From the sequence record OR228483.1: a DNA stretch of 39,037 nt; one strand, written 5' to 3'. This DNA comes from Escherichia phage pO2. Shown piece by piece: positions 18,942-30,030 of this stretch. The notes beneath the pieces were generated by a model. That model was given only the letters and a program-made list of their open reading frames with translations. It ran no database searches and had not been told where the DNA came from. The translations under genes were made by a program, and so were the position numbers. Numbering within the stretch: position 1 is the stretch's first letter; each line of letters starts with the position of its first letter.

Positions 18942-20505
18942 CTTGAGCCATGTCCTCACCAGCTACTTGTCCAACAGTAGCGCCCATGTTAGCACCAGCA
19001 GCAGACGCACCGTTGACCACAGCTCCTTGAGCGGACTGTTCAGCCATACGTTGCATCTTCTCGTCCTGAGTCAGCAGAAGGCCAGCAGTATCAATGCCTA
19101 AGGCATTCAGCAGTCGCAGCTTCAGGGTCGGCAAGTTAATGTCTGGGTCCTGTTGCAGAGGCTGTAGCCCGGTCATCATGTTGACTGCCTGAGTCAGCTT
19201 CTCTAAGTCTTGACCACGACCTAACGCTTCCAGACCAGTGGATACCGTAGGCTCTACCGCTTCTTTCGGAAGGTCAGGAATCATGCCAGCAGACTGAAGC
19301 TGGTTCATAAGCACACGGACGATAGGTAACTGAAGCTCTTGGGATTGTACTGAGTACACGCCACCTAAGGTCGCCTCCAGTTCTCCAGCAACATAACGAA
19401 TCTCTTCAGCAGTGACTCGCTCGGCATTACGCTGAACAGCACTATTAAGAAGGAAGGCCCAGCCTAAACGTTGCTCGATAGCATCAGCCACCGACTTGGC
19501 AATCGTAAAGTCCTGACCCTTAGTCAGTTGCAGGAAGTTGATGTCCTCAACGCGACCGGCAACGAACTCACCTGTAGCCGCCTTGTTCAGACGACGAGGT
19601 TGCGTGATACCGTTCGGGTTAACGAGGCCCACCACCTTGGAGGCTACCTTAGCCATTTTGGTGATAGCTTCTGTAATCGTCTCCAGCGAGTTCAGGTCTC
19701 CCAGATACTCCTCGCAGTAAGAACGACCATAGTCTTCACCATCCAGTCGAACCATTCGTACCGGGATGTATGGACATGCAGTCAGTGGGTAAGAACCCTC
19801 GGTCCCTGCTACCTCAATGCCTTCCACTTCCTCATAACGTAGATACTCGTCGTCTTGACGGTAGATGTGCGTATATACTTCCAGCTCTGTGTCAGGCTCA
19901 TAGTCGTCTGCGTTGAGTTGTGACTTAACGTCTTCCGGTAGAGCACTAAACGCTACCTTGTCGAGAGTCACAATCTGCAAGATATTACCGAAAGCATCAC
20001 GTTGAACAACGTAGGACACTAAGCGGTACATTCGCATAGGACTGTAAGTACCCTGTTCAGGCTCTGGAATGTAAAGCAGACAGTTACCGGAGACGATAAG
20101 CTGCTTCAGAGCTTCGAACAATGGCACACGGAAACTGTTGGTCTCCATGTAGGCCATCAACACACGCTCGACCATAGCCAGCCCTTCGTCAACACGAGCA
20201 GCAGCCTCTGAGTCCTGACTCAAGGTCTTGGCCTCATATTCGGAGACTGTCAGTCGCATCCACGGTGACTGAGGGAATAATGCCAACATCAGCTTTGCAG
20301 CCAAGTTGTTCAAACAGCGAGCACCTACAGCTTGCCACGGAGTTGTGTACTCAGTAGACGAGTTGTCGGACTCCTTAGGAAACAGTGACGGGATAGTGAC
20401 AGCAGCACAGTTCTGAGCGCGTGTCTCATATGGCTGTCTACCGTTCTTCAGTCGGTCATAGACCGCTTTGGCTCCTTCAGCAGCGAACCCTTCACGTTCA
20501 GCCAT
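18937..20505 (-). CDS. gp8: Portal (head-tail connector) protein
   Basis: 522 aa; strong identity to T7 gp8 (YETRAQNCA, TIPSLFPK, YRLVSYVVQRDAFGN); TAAGGAGG before ATG. Confidence 0.95.
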   Translation of the reverse strand: MAEREGFAAEGAKAVYDRLKNGRQPYETRAQNCAAVTIPSLFPKESDNSSTEYTTPWQAVGARCLNNLAAKLMLALFPQSPWMRLTVSEYEAKTLSQDSEAAARVDEGLAMVERVLMAYMETNSFRVPLFEALKQLIVSGNCLLYIPEPEQGTYSPMRMYRLVSYVVQRDAFGNILQIVTLDKVAFSALPEDVKSQLNADDYEPDTELEVYTHIYRQDDEYLRYEEVEGIEVAGTEGSYPLTACPYIPVRMVRLDGEDYGRSYCEEYLGDLNSLETITEAITKMAKVASKVVGLVNPNGITQPRRLNKAATGEFVAGRVEDINFLQLTKGQDFTIAKSVADAIEQRLGWAFLLNSAVQRNAERVTAEEIRYVAGELEATLGGVYSVQSQELQLPIVRVLMNQLQSAGMIPDLPKEAVEPTVSTGLEALGRGQDLEKLTQAVNMMTGLQPLQQDPDINLPTLKLRLLNALGIDTAGLLLTQDEKMQRMAEQSAQGAVVNGASAAGANMGATVGQVAGEDMAQA

Positions 20506-20516
20506 TCGTCACCTCC

Positions 20517-20765
20517 TTAAATAGAAATACCGCCACCAGAGGTGCGAGAGACCTGAAGGCTACGCTTACCGGAACGCTTCACTTTCTTCTCATCAGATGC
20601 GGTTGCTTCAGTATCCACATCCTCCACTTTGTCGTTCGGTACTTCCACTGGTGCTGCTGGGGTCTTAGCCTCAACAACCTTAGGCGCGTCATCAGAGCCA
20701 AGACCAACGGTCCCTAATGCACCTTTTACTACTTTCTTGAAGGCCTTACTGATTGATTTACCCAC
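20517..20765 (-). CDS. gp7.3: Tail / host-specificity protein gp7.3-like
   Basis: 82 aa, MGK... start, basic, ends SGGGISI like T7 gp7.3; GTG start with TAAGGAG. Confidence 0.75.
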   Translation of the reverse strand: MGKSISKAFKKVVKGALGTVGLGSDDAPKVVEAKTPAAPVEVPNDKVEDVDTEATASDEKKVKRSGKRSLQVSRTSGGGISI

Positions 20766-21162
20766 GATTAATCTCCTTAGTTGTTACGATGTCTACCGAC
20801 CCGGGAACATGCTTGACACGAGAATACCAGCCAAGACCCCAACGCTTGCACTCTTCGTCTATGATGTGTCTGACAGTCTCAAGAACCTTGCGGGAGGACT
20901 GCGAGTCACGACGAATAGCGACTATTGAAAGGTCAAGACCGGGAGTCGGTCGGTGCCAAGATGCGGTAGCCAGCATGTAGAGATACGCTACTGGTTGACC
21001 TGAGGCATCGTAGATTGTGTATTCTTCACCGTCGAACTCGTCAGCCATACGGTAAGTATGAGCCTTGAAGTCCTCGAATGACTTGAAGTTAGACTGCCCG
21101 TCTTCCCAGAGGCGACAAGCGCACATATGGCGACCTTCGCGTGAGTTGAGATATGGTAGCAT
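20758..21162 (-). CDS. gp7-like protein (by position), function unknown
   Basis: 134-aa ORF between gp6.7 and gp7.3; weak ribosome-binding site, start uncertain. Confidence 0.5.
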   Translation of the reverse strand: MLPYLNSREGRHMCACRLWEDGQSNFKSFEDFKAHTYRMADEFDGEEYTIYDASGQPVAYLYMLATASWHRPTPGLDLSIVAIRRDSQSSRKVLETVRHIIDEECKRWGLGWYSRVKHVPGSVDIVTTKEINRG

Positions 21163-21166
21163 TGTC

Positions 21167-21391
21167 TTACCCCATGTTGACGCCAGAGGCTCGCATGGCG
21201 CGGCTAACTGACGATTTATCTTTAGGTGCAGACTCCTTCTTGACCTTCAGGTCTTTGATACCTTTGGTCTCGTTGGTGTCCACATCTGATTCAGCCCCGA
21301 TGTCAACTGACGCAACTTCCTCACTCAGAGGTGCTGGTTCAGGTGCTTGGACCGAAGGCTTCGGAGTGCTAATCTTCGGACTGAAACACAT
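21167..21391 (-). CDS. gp6.7: gp6.7-like virion protein
   Basis: 74 aa; N-terminus MCFSPKISTPK matches T7 gp6.7; TAGGAGG before ATG. Confidence 0.75.
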   Translation of the reverse strand: MCFSPKISTPKPSVQAPEPAPLSEEVASVDIGAESDVDTNETKGIKDLKVKKESAPKDKSSVSRAMRASGVNMG

Positions 21392-21405
21392 AGTCCCTCC
21401 TACAG

Positions 21406-21678
21406 TTAATCAAACTGAACGGTATCTTTCAGCTCACGACGCATAGCAATCGCAGAGTCGAGAGTGTCAGAACAATACTGGAGACCCTTGATGAACCCGG
21501 CAATGAACGCATCGCTGTAGCCTTGCTGCTTGAGGAGACTGATAGCTCCCATCTTCTCAGCGTAGCTTGCGTTGAACAATACGTGCAGGAACTGGATAGC
21601 AGACTGTGAGATGTTCGGGACATCAAGTCTTTCTTCCTGTAACTGCTTAACAACGTTTTCAATAGCAGTAATAGCCAT
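21406..21678 (-). CDS. gp6.5-like protein (by position)
   Basis: 90 aa; AGAGGAG before ATG; follows the phi6.5-like promoter. Confidence 0.55.
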   Translation of the reverse strand: MAITAIENVVKQLQEERLDVPNISQSAIQFLHVLFNASYAEKMGAISLLKQQGYSDAFIAGFIKGLQYCSDTLDSAIAMRRELKDTVQFD

Positions 21679-21739
21679 CTTGAATCTCCTCTTTAAGTTA
21701 AGACTAAAGTCTATCTTATAGTCATATCTTAGGTCCTAA

Positions 21740-21762
21740 AGTCCCTATAGTGATAGTTTAGT
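21740..21762 (-). promoter_or_regulatory. Phage RNA polymerase promoter (phi6.5-like)
   Basis: + strand GTCCCTATAGTGATAGTTTAGTG. Confidence 0.65.
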
Positions 21763-21814
21763 GTTTCACCTATGGATGACTGTTGGATTGATAGGATATG
21801 ACTATCGGCTAGAC

Positions 21815-21907
21815 TCAGTGTTTAGGGCGGTTGTTCGACCCGAACCACTTGTACATGCAGTAAAGGGCAAGAAGTCCTACCCAGTAAATTACATGGGTGG
21901 TGTCCAT
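21815..21907 (-). CDS. Small hydrophobic protein, 30 aa (gp6.3-like position)
   Basis: ATG at 21907 preceded by AGGAGG; MDTTHVIYWVGLLALYCMYKWFGSNNRPKH; overlaps last codons of gene 6; below ORF-track cut-off. Confidence 0.35.
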   Translation of the reverse strand: MDTTHVIYWVGLLALYCMYKWFGSNNRPKH

Positions 21908-22758
21908 AGGATGACCTCCTTGGACTTAGGGTCATAGTCAGATGCTCGACAAATACGAGCGACCTGAGCTTGGACCAGAAGTTCCTCCTCGGTCATGCCA
22001 GCCTTAGCAGCCAGTGTAACCATGCAGTCCCACAGCGTCATGTCTTCACGCTTCGGATACTTCTTCCATTCGGTCTTAATCTGGCCTTTGTTCTTGCCAG
22101 TCTTAAGCTCACGGCTCTCCTGCACGAAGTAGTACGGCTCGTCAAGGAACGCACGAGTGGTGTCCTCACCCATCCCCGGAATACCACCATAGCCATCTGT
22201 AGTGTCACCCTTGATGGTCTGCTCCATGTGCCAATAGTCTGCCTCAGCAGTCGTATGACTCAGGATTTCACCAGTGGTTAACCAGAAGAACTCACAGTTC
22301 GGGATGGTCTTGAAGTCCTTGTCACAGGACACCAGAACCGCATGATCACAGTCAACAATCTGAGGTCGGGTCCCGATGATACCCATACAGTCATCACCTT
22401 CAAGCGTAGGACGCAGGAAGCTGTTGAACCGTGGGTCAGCCATCACTTCGGCTACGAACTTCTTGTAACCTACAGGCTTGCGGGAACCTTTACGGTTGGC
22501 CTTATAGGTTGGCAGAACGTCCTTACGCCAGTTGTAATCGTCGGTGAAGCACATCACAATCTTAGCGTCTTTCCACGCCTTGCGCTTCTTAACGATTTCA
22601 GCGATGGTGTTCTCAAGGATACGACGAGCCTTGGCGTGGTCGCAGATAAGGGTCCAGATGTCATCACCCCAGTCTGTCTCGTCCTCGGCAGCAGCCATAG
22701 AAGAGAATACTAGGTAATCGCCATCAAGAACAAGAGCTATCTTCTTCTCAGCACCCAT
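21889..22758 (-). CDS. gp6: 5-prime to 3-prime exonuclease
   Basis: T7 gp6-like (CDHAKARRILE, WRKDVLPTYKANRK, DKDFKTIPNC, WDCMVTLAAKAGMTEE); start at ATG 22758 with AGGAGG, overlapping the upstream gene stop. Confidence 0.92.
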   Translation of the reverse strand: MGAEKKIALVLDGDYLVFSSMAAAEDETDWGDDIWTLICDHAKARRILENTIAEIVKKRKAWKDAKIVMCFTDDYNWRKDVLPTYKANRKGSRKPVGYKKFVAEVMADPRFNSFLRPTLEGDDCMGIIGTRPQIVDCDHAVLVSCDKDFKTIPNCEFFWLTTGEILSHTTAEADYWHMEQTIKGDTTDGYGGIPGMGEDTTRAFLDEPYYFVQESRELKTGKNKGQIKTEWKKYPKREDMTLWDCMVTLAAKAGMTEEELLVQAQVARICRASDYDPKSKEVILWTPPM

Positions 22759-23197
22759 CGTCCAGACCTCCTGTAGCCATAGCGACTGCATATGGCATCA
22801 AGGGCACTTTCGGCTCCTCTATACGTTCGAGAGTCACCTCAGGCTTCAGCCATTTGTTGGCGAACTCATGGGCCTTGTCGTTGTCCTCTGAGTTTAGGTG
22901 TGACATCAGGTTCCAGAAGTTTGAAGACATCTCAGTCTCCTTCTCAACTTGGCGGCACACGTCCCAGTCGTTTACCTCTGAACCGTATCTGTCATCCCAC
23001 ATACCGCTAGCTACGATGGTCAGTCCGATGAATGGACGCCACTCATAAGCCTCAGCGGGAGACTCGGTGTATGACTCAACGTCCTTCTCTGTCAAGGTGT
23101 ATGACCAAGATGCGTAGAACTCACCGTACTTGCGGTGCTCCTTATCGAATTCACCCATTTCAAGGACCAGCTCTTTCAGACTTTCAGGTATCTTCAC
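22748..23197 (-). CDS. Hypothetical protein, 149 aa, acidic
   Basis: ORF between gp5.7 and gp6 (the T7 gp5.9 position) but much larger and unrelated by eye; GTG start with GGAGG. Confidence 0.6.
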   Translation of the reverse strand: MKIPESLKELVLEMGEFDKEHRKYGEFYASWSYTLTEKDVESYTESPAEAYEWRPFIGLTIVASGMWDDRYGSEVNDWDVCRQVEKETEMSSNFWNLMSHLNSEDNDKAHEFANKWLKPEVTLERIEEPKVPLMPYAVAMATGGLDDGC

Positions 23198-23403
23198 AGA
23201 CAGCCTCCGTGTTGGTTAAGGAACTTGGTGCCAGCAGCGGTAATCTCCCACGCACCGTTGTTACGCCCATCCATAGACAGGCAGCTTAGATGTCCACGAC
23301 TCGCAGCCTCAGCCACAAGTGCAGCGTTGTTGCGCACATAGTTGGACTGGAATGTCTTCGGGCAGGACTTAAGGGCCGCTAGGACCCGTAAGTATTCACT
23401 CAT
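23194..23403 (-). CDS. gp5.7: gp5.7-like protein
   Basis: 69 aa; KSCPKTFQSNYVRNNAALVAEAASRGH resembles T7 gp5.7 as recalled. Confidence 0.7.
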   Translation of the reverse strand: MSEYLRVLAALKSCPKTFQSNYVRNNAALVAEAASRGHLSCLSMDGRNNGAWEITAAGTKFLNQHGGCL

Positions 23404-23684
23404 TGCTTGACCTCGAATCGCAGGTTGGACACACCGGACTGACCCTCACCAAAGGAGTCTACCAGCTCCTCCTTGATGATCTTCTTGGTGACAATTTCAA
23501 TGGCAGACTCAGGGCCTGACTCTATTGCTGCTTTGACCATAGCCATCTGAAGCCCATCCAGCTTCTCACCATCAGCGTAGGCTTTAGTCATCTCAGCCAG
23601 TTGGCGACACACTGTCTCTTCTCTCTTTGAGCTAACAACCATCTTCAGGTCAAAACTCACACGAATACGTTTAGTAATAGCCAT
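23400..23684 (-). CDS. gp5.5: gp5.5-like protein
   Basis: 94 aa, MAITKRIRVSFD start, position after DNA polymerase. Confidence 0.6.
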   Translation of the reverse strand: MAITKRIRVSFDLKMVVSSKREETVCRQLAEMTKAYADGEKLDGLQMAMVKAAIESGPESAIEIVTKKIIKEELVDSFGEGQSGVSNLRFEVKQ

Positions 23685-23842
23685 TAGTCTTCTCCTTCTT
23701 CGTTATGTTCTTTCAGAATTTCACGAATGTCTCGACTGCACTGTCCACTGAGGTTTGGACTATAACGAGACTCCTCGTGTCCACACCACCAAGCTGACCG
23801 CATCAGGTCTTTGACCTCCTGCTCACTATAAGTTTTAGCCAT
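23684..23842 (-). CDS. Small protein, 52 aa (gp5.3-like position)
   Basis: ATG at 23842 overlaps DNA polymerase stop (TAATG); MAKTYSEQEVKDLMRSAWWCGHEESRYSPN...; stop overlaps gp5.5 start. Confidence 0.35.
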   Translation of the reverse strand: MAKTYSEQEVKDLMRSAWWCGHEESRYSPNLSGQCSRDIREILKEHNEEGED

Positions 23843-26028
23843 TAGTGACACTCCTTCCACGTTGGTCCAATCTTACCTTCGGTATCAAGGACACATTTAA
23901 AGTTATAGAACTCACCCACCTTACGCATAGCAAGTTGAGCAATCTTGACGACTTCTTCGGCAATCTCCTGAGTACGGCACGCAATCTGTAGCTCATCGTG
24001 AACCCAAGCCATGTACGCGAAGTCTCCTTCCCAGCCATGAACATACCCGGCCTCTTCGAGCATACGTTCAGTCTCAACAATCCAGTGCTTACAGACTACC
24101 GCACCATCACCTTGAAGTAAGGCGTTCAGTGCTGAGTGTGGCGACCGGATGTGGATACGGCGACCATCGAGTCCACGCAACCAACGGCGTTTCCACTTGA
24201 CGATGTTCTCTCCGTCCACCCACTTAGAGTCTGAGATTAACGTATTACTCACAGCTTCCCTGAGGTCTTTGATGGCTGGTGTACCCTCAATGAATTTCTT
24301 CATGAGAGCTGAACCTTCCTTCTTACCACCGCCGACTATCAGTCCAATCTTAGCGGCCCCTGCACCATACAGGAACGCATAGATGAACGTCTTAGCGTTG
24401 TTACGGAAAGCATCATGGTCGTGGTTCGATTTATCGCGTGGGACGTTAGGTGCTAACCCAGCGTTGACTGCGTTGGCCCAGTGGATGTCACCTTCGACCA
24501 CAGTCTTCGCATAGGCACCACCATCAAACGGAGCTGCTCGGTTCCCCAGACAACGAAGCTCAAGACCTGAGGCATCCACACCCACTTGAATCCAAGGGTC
24601 TGGTAATTGTCTTCCATCCGGGAACGTCAGCTTGTTCCACGCTGCACCGAAAGCACCACGGCAAATCTCACCGTATGGAGCACCGTTAGCCGGGACCTGA
24701 GCCATGTTTGGTGTACTATGAGTCGCACGTCCGGTTACTGCCCCGCATGGGTTGATTGAACCGTGCATACGTCCGTCTGGGCCTACAAGTTTCAACCATG
24801 CGTTCTTACCTTCAGCCGCCTGACCGATGCGCTTCTGGACTACCAGATACTCACGGACCAGCTCTACGCAAGCCTGAGCCTCTGCGTCTGGTAGCTTAAC
24901 GTGTTCTAACGTCTCGTCATCGACTACAGGTTTCCCAGTGTCAGTGAAGTCCACAGGCTCCCAACCACGCTCCATCAAGACTTTCGCTAAGTGGTCTCCG
25001 CTTCCCGGATTAAACTCAACGTAAGTGATTGGCGTGAACGGTGCTCCTTCCATCGTGTCTCGTGAGTCGAACTCGCAAGGCTCCAGACCTAAGCGTTGAG
25101 CTTTGTTCTTCGGCTTCTTGAATACTGACCCGACCTTAGGATACACGACTCGCGGATACTTCGGAAGGTCCTTGCCTGTCCGTGGGTGCTTGAAGAACTC
25201 CTTGCCTCCCTTTGGTGCATACCAGCTACCGAAAGTCGAACGCAGCTTGTCCAACAACTCTGCACGTTTGACGGTGAGTTCACGATATAAGCCTTCGACC
25301 ATCTCGGTGTTCATCGGATAGCCGTTACGCTCCATCTTCGCACAGGTCCACGCAGCATCATGTTCCAGACGCAACGCATAAATCTGGTCGAAAGCGAACT
25401 GTTCAGACTGGAAGTAATACTTGTCAGTCAGGAACTTCTTGAACAACGCCAGTGTGACCACAACGTCTTGAACGTTATAGTCTAGCATCTCCTGAGATGG
25501 GAACAACCATTCGTCCCCAGCCTTATATTCGATACCTTCAGCCTTGCACTTGGCAACGTAATCGTGTTTGTACTCACCTTTCATCTCACCGAGACGATAG
25601 CCCCAAGCCTCAAGAGACTGGCGTCCCATCATCTTAGGTGGCAGACGACCAGCTTTCACTGCGCCCATGTCTGAGAACTTAATGTTTGGATACATCAAGC
25701 GTCCCAGCACCAAGGTATCAATCATCTTGTGTTTCGGGAAGTTAAAGCGTTTCCCAAAGTACAGACGCTTTAGCTTGTCAATAGCCGGGACGTCATAGTT
25801 GATACCGTTGTGGAATACCAGCATACCATCAGGTGATGCGGCAATCTCTTCCACCTTCTGTACATACTCTTTGAAGCCACCGACGATACCGACCATCGGA
25901 GCTACCCCATACTTAAGGGTCTCATTCGACTCGGCGTTAATCAGGACCCCACAGTGAAACTGGGAGACTGTATCAAGGAGACCGTTGGTCTCTATGTCGG
26001 AACCCCAGATACTCTTAAGGTCAAACAT
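23842..26028 (-). CDS. gp5: DNA polymerase (family A) with thioredoxin-binding-domain-like insertion
   Basis: Strong identity to T7 gp5 (FHCGV, WGYRLGEMKGEYK, FGSWY, PKYPR, FAYMAWVHDE); start at ATG 26028 with GGAGG; ORF-track start 26064 is an upstream GTG. Confidence 0.96.
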   Translation of the reverse strand: MFDLKSIWGSDIETNGLLDTVSQFHCGVLINAESNETLKYGVAPMVGIVGGFKEYVQKVEEIAASPDGMLVFHNGINYDVPAIDKLKRLYFGKRFNFPKHKMIDTLVLGRLMYPNIKFSDMGAVKAGRLPPKMMGRQSLEAWGYRLGEMKGEYKHDYVAKCKAEGIEYKAGDEWLFPSQEMLDYNVQDVVVTLALFKKFLTDKYYFQSEQFAFDQIYALRLEHDAAWTCAKMERNGYPMNTEMVEGLYRELTVKRAELLDKLRSTFGSWYAPKGGKEFFKHPRTGKDLPKYPRVVYPKVGSVFKKPKNKAQRLGLEPCEFDSRDTMEGAPFTPITYVEFNPGSGDHLAKVLMERGWEPVDFTDTGKPVVDDETLEHVKLPDAEAQACVELVREYLVVQKRIGQAAEGKNAWLKLVGPDGRMHGSINPCGAVTGRATHSTPNMAQVPANGAPYGEICRGAFGAAWNKLTFPDGRQLPDPWIQVGVDASGLELRCLGNRAAPFDGGAYAKTVVEGDIHWANAVNAGLAPNVPRDKSNHDHDAFRNNAKTFIYAFLYGAGAAKIGLIVGGGKKEGSALMKKFIEGTPAIKDLREAVSNTLISDSKWVDGENIVKWKRRWLRGLDGRRIHIRSPHSALNALLQGDGAVVCKHWIVETERMLEEAGYVHGWEGDFAYMAWVHDELQIACRTQEIAEEVVKIAQLAMRKVGEFYNFKCVLDTEGKIGPTWKECH

Positions 26029-26052
26029 GGTTAATCCTCCGTTTAGTCTAAT

Positions 26053-26088
26053 CATAAAGGCCACTCGATGTGAATGACCTTGAGTCTA
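26053..26088 (-). promoter_or_regulatory. Conserved hairpin element (candidate RNase III site, R4.7-like), copy 2 of 3
   Basis: CATAAAGGCCAC...TGACCTTGAGTCTA just upstream of the DNA polymerase gene. Confidence 0.45.
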
Positions 26089-26091
26089 GAC

Positions 26092-27971
<1,880 letters not shown>

Positions 27972-28018
27972 TCACTCCTTAATCACGAATGCGAACAAAG
28001 GGACAGGACTTATTGTCC

Positions 28019-28041
28019 CATCCCTAAGGTGATAGTTTAGG
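28019..28041 (-). promoter_or_regulatory. Variant phage promoter (phi4-like), CACCTTAGGG in place of CACTATAGGG
   Basis: + strand TCCCTAAGGTGATAGTTTAGG upstream of gene 4. Confidence 0.5.
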
Positions 28042-28252
28042 CTTTGAAGAACTGAGCCAACTGGTCAGCTTTGGTGTCAGCTTGACGTGCCTTCATGCCA
28101 GCTTCCAGTGACGCGATGGTCAGCTTGTCAGCCAGAGCAGCAGCATCAGCCGCACTGTCAGCAGTCTTCTTTTCTACCTTTCGTTCCAGTACCGCAGCAC
28201 GACGATAACCACGCACCACCAGACGACCAAGAAATTCGATAAGTTTAATCAT
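28037..28252 (-). CDS. Hypothetical protein, 71 aa
   Basis: ORF between HNH endonuclease and primase; Ala/Lys-rich, no recognisable motif. Confidence 0.5.
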   Translation of the reverse strand: MIKLIEFLGRLVVRGYRRAAVLERKVEKKTADSAADAAALADKLTIASLEAGMKARQADTKADQLAQFFKA

Positions 28253-28688
28253 TGAGTTGTTCTCCTAGCCATTCGATGGCTTCATTAGATGTTTTGAAAG
28301 ACTTCGACGTCCTCTCGCCAAAGCGCTGCTTGTGTGCTACATAAGGCTTAGTTCTGCCAGCTCTGTATGCTACACCCTTGATGCCAGACTTTGAGTCCTT
28401 CCTAACGCTGGTGTTGCATACGTTGACTTGCCTAGTCACAATCCTGAGGTTGTCAATCCTGTTGTTATGGCCGTCACGGTCAATATGGTCAACTTCCATT
28501 CCATCTGGTATAGGACCTCCAGTTTTGAGCATCATGATTATGACGTGGCACATTACTGGCTTCCCTTTAACCTTAGTCCTCCAATATCTACCAGCGTCCC
28601 ATCCAGTAGGCTTACCATTTCTGGATAGACCTGAGGGACTAGATGGGTCGATACTAAACTGATTCGCGGTCAGATGTAACCAGTTCAT
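28245..28688 (-). CDS. HNH homing-endonuclease-like protein with C-terminal AP2-like DNA-binding region
   Basis: EVDHIDRDGHNNRIDNLRIVTRQVN HNH motif; C-terminal GIKGVAYRAGRTKPYVAHKQRFGERT...SNEAIEWL; overlaps lysozyme 3-prime end by about 35 nt. Confidence 0.8.
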   Translation of the reverse strand: MNWLHLTANQFSIDPSSPSGLSRNGKPTGWDAGRYWRTKVKGKPVMCHVIIMMLKTGGPIPDGMEVDHIDRDGHNNRIDNLRIVTRQVNVCNTSVRKDSKSGIKGVAYRAGRTKPYVAHKQRFGERTSKSFKTSNEAIEWLGEQLND

Positions 28689-29118
28689 TCTTGGTCCACC
28701 AGCGCTTCACGTCGAAACTTGGACAGGCTTTGGCTGCTACTGAATGATGGGCCATTAGCTCTGCATTAGGGTACTTACTCATAAGCTCCTCCAGCTTGTT
28801 GCGCAGGGAGTTCATCTGGGCCGGAGTGAAGTTAGCTTCAAACTTGCCCTTAGCGTCAATTCCACCTACAAGGCAGACGCCTACAGACCGTGAGTTCCAG
28901 TCCTTAACGTGTGACCCTACGACATTGACCGGGCGACCCTCTTCCACAGTGCCATCTCGCTTGATGATAAAGTGGTAGCCTACGTCCAGCCAGCCTTGCT
29001 GCTTGTGCCACATACGGATGGTCTCTACCCCGATGTCCATATCTGGCTTGGTAGCAGAACAGTGAACGAAGATAGCGTCAGTCCGGGACCGTGGTTTGAA
29101 TTGAACTTTACTTACCAT
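28654..29118 (-). CDS. gp3.5: Lysozyme (N-acetylmuramoyl-L-alanine amidase)
   Basis: 154 aa; near-identical blocks to T7 gp3.5 (DAIFVHCSATKP, GWLDVGYHFIIKRDGTVE, KACPSFD, WTKNELVTSDR). Confidence 0.95.
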   Translation of the reverse strand: MVSKVQFKPRSRTDAIFVHCSATKPDMDIGVETIRMWHKQQGWLDVGYHFIIKRDGTVEEGRPVNVVGSHVKDWNSRSVGVCLVGGIDAKGKFEANFTPAQMNSLRNKLEELMSKYPNAELMAHHSVAAKACPSFDVKRWWTKNELVTSDRESV

Positions 29119-29578
29119 TGTACACCACCAGCTCTACTACGACCAGATTCAGATGTGACTGGAAGCGCTGTGCGTCAGTCGTGTGCATCTGGAGCAACTT
29201 ATGGTTGAAGACGTGAGAGTTGCTAATCTTCACGTACACTTCGTCAGGCTTACCGTGGACGATGAACGTCTGACCTACACCAATCTTGTTGATGGTCAGG
29301 ACTTCACGTTTAACGGTGACAGGAGGGACACTTGAGGCTGGCAGGACTTGCGGTTTATCCTCTACAATTTCCTCAAGATTTGCTTTTTCAACCCACGCCC
29401 CCCACATACCGTCAGGCTGAGTGTTAAAACCTGCTGCTCCGTGCTTGTAGTGGCCCCGCTCAGTGGATTCCACCAGGACAATTCCAGATGCTGGATATGG
29501 GTCTTTCGCACATTTCGTAACGATAGTACCTTTAGGCCACCCGTAGCAACTAACCTTAAGTCTATATTTCTGAGTCAT
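29108..29578 (-). CDS. Hypothetical protein, 156 aa
   Basis: Between endonuclease I and lysozyme; ATG at 29578 overlaps gp3 stop, AAAGGAG upstream; no motif recognised. Confidence 0.6.
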   Translation of the reverse strand: MTQKYRLKVSCYGWPKGTIVTKCAKDPYPASGIVLVESTERGHYKHGAAGFNTQPDGMWGAWVEKANLEEIVEDKPQVLPASSVPPVTVKREVLTINKIGVGQTFIVHGKPDEVYVKISNSHVFNHKLLQMHTTDAQRFQSHLNLVVVELVVYNGK

Positions 29579-30030
29579 CACTTAACTCCTTTCTTCTTGG
29601 GGATGAGGATACCTGAAGGCAGACGTACAGTCGCCTCTCGCAGCCACTCAACCGGGATGAACTTATCGGCATACTTATATCCGTTCTTTTCGCACCATGC
29701 GCCATACGTGGTCGGAGACCCTTTGTATAACTTGGAGCGGGAACTTGAGAACACGAACCGGATGTCTAACTCTGGGTGCTGTTCTCGTACCAGAAGGTGC
29801 TTCTTACGGTCATCACTATCGAAGATACCTTTGGTCTCCACGATGATACCGTTAGGAAGGATAAAGTCTGGTGTGTACTTGTGGTCGGAAGCCGGAATCA
29901 CATAGTTGATATAATGGCTTTCGTACTCCGCTTTGACGCCGTTCTGTTCCAGCCACTGCTGGTTCTTGGCTTCAAGTCCAGAGCGGTAGGCACCCACAGA
30001 GTGCCCCCGTTTTGCAGACCATTGGGCCAT
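29578..30030 (-). CDS. gp3: Endonuclease I (Holliday junction resolvase)
   Basis: 150 aa; strong identity to T7 gp3 (FRSGLE, YVIPAS, YTPDF, PNGIIVETKG, DDRKKHLLVREQHPELDIR). Confidence 0.95.
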   Translation of the reverse strand: MAQWSAKRGHSVGAYRSGLEAKNQQWLEQNGVKAEYESHYINYVIPASDHKYTPDFILPNGIIVETKGIFDSDDRKKHLLVREQHPELDIRFVFSSSRSKLYKGSPTTYGAWCEKNGYKYADKFIPVEWLREATVRLPSGILIPKKKGVK

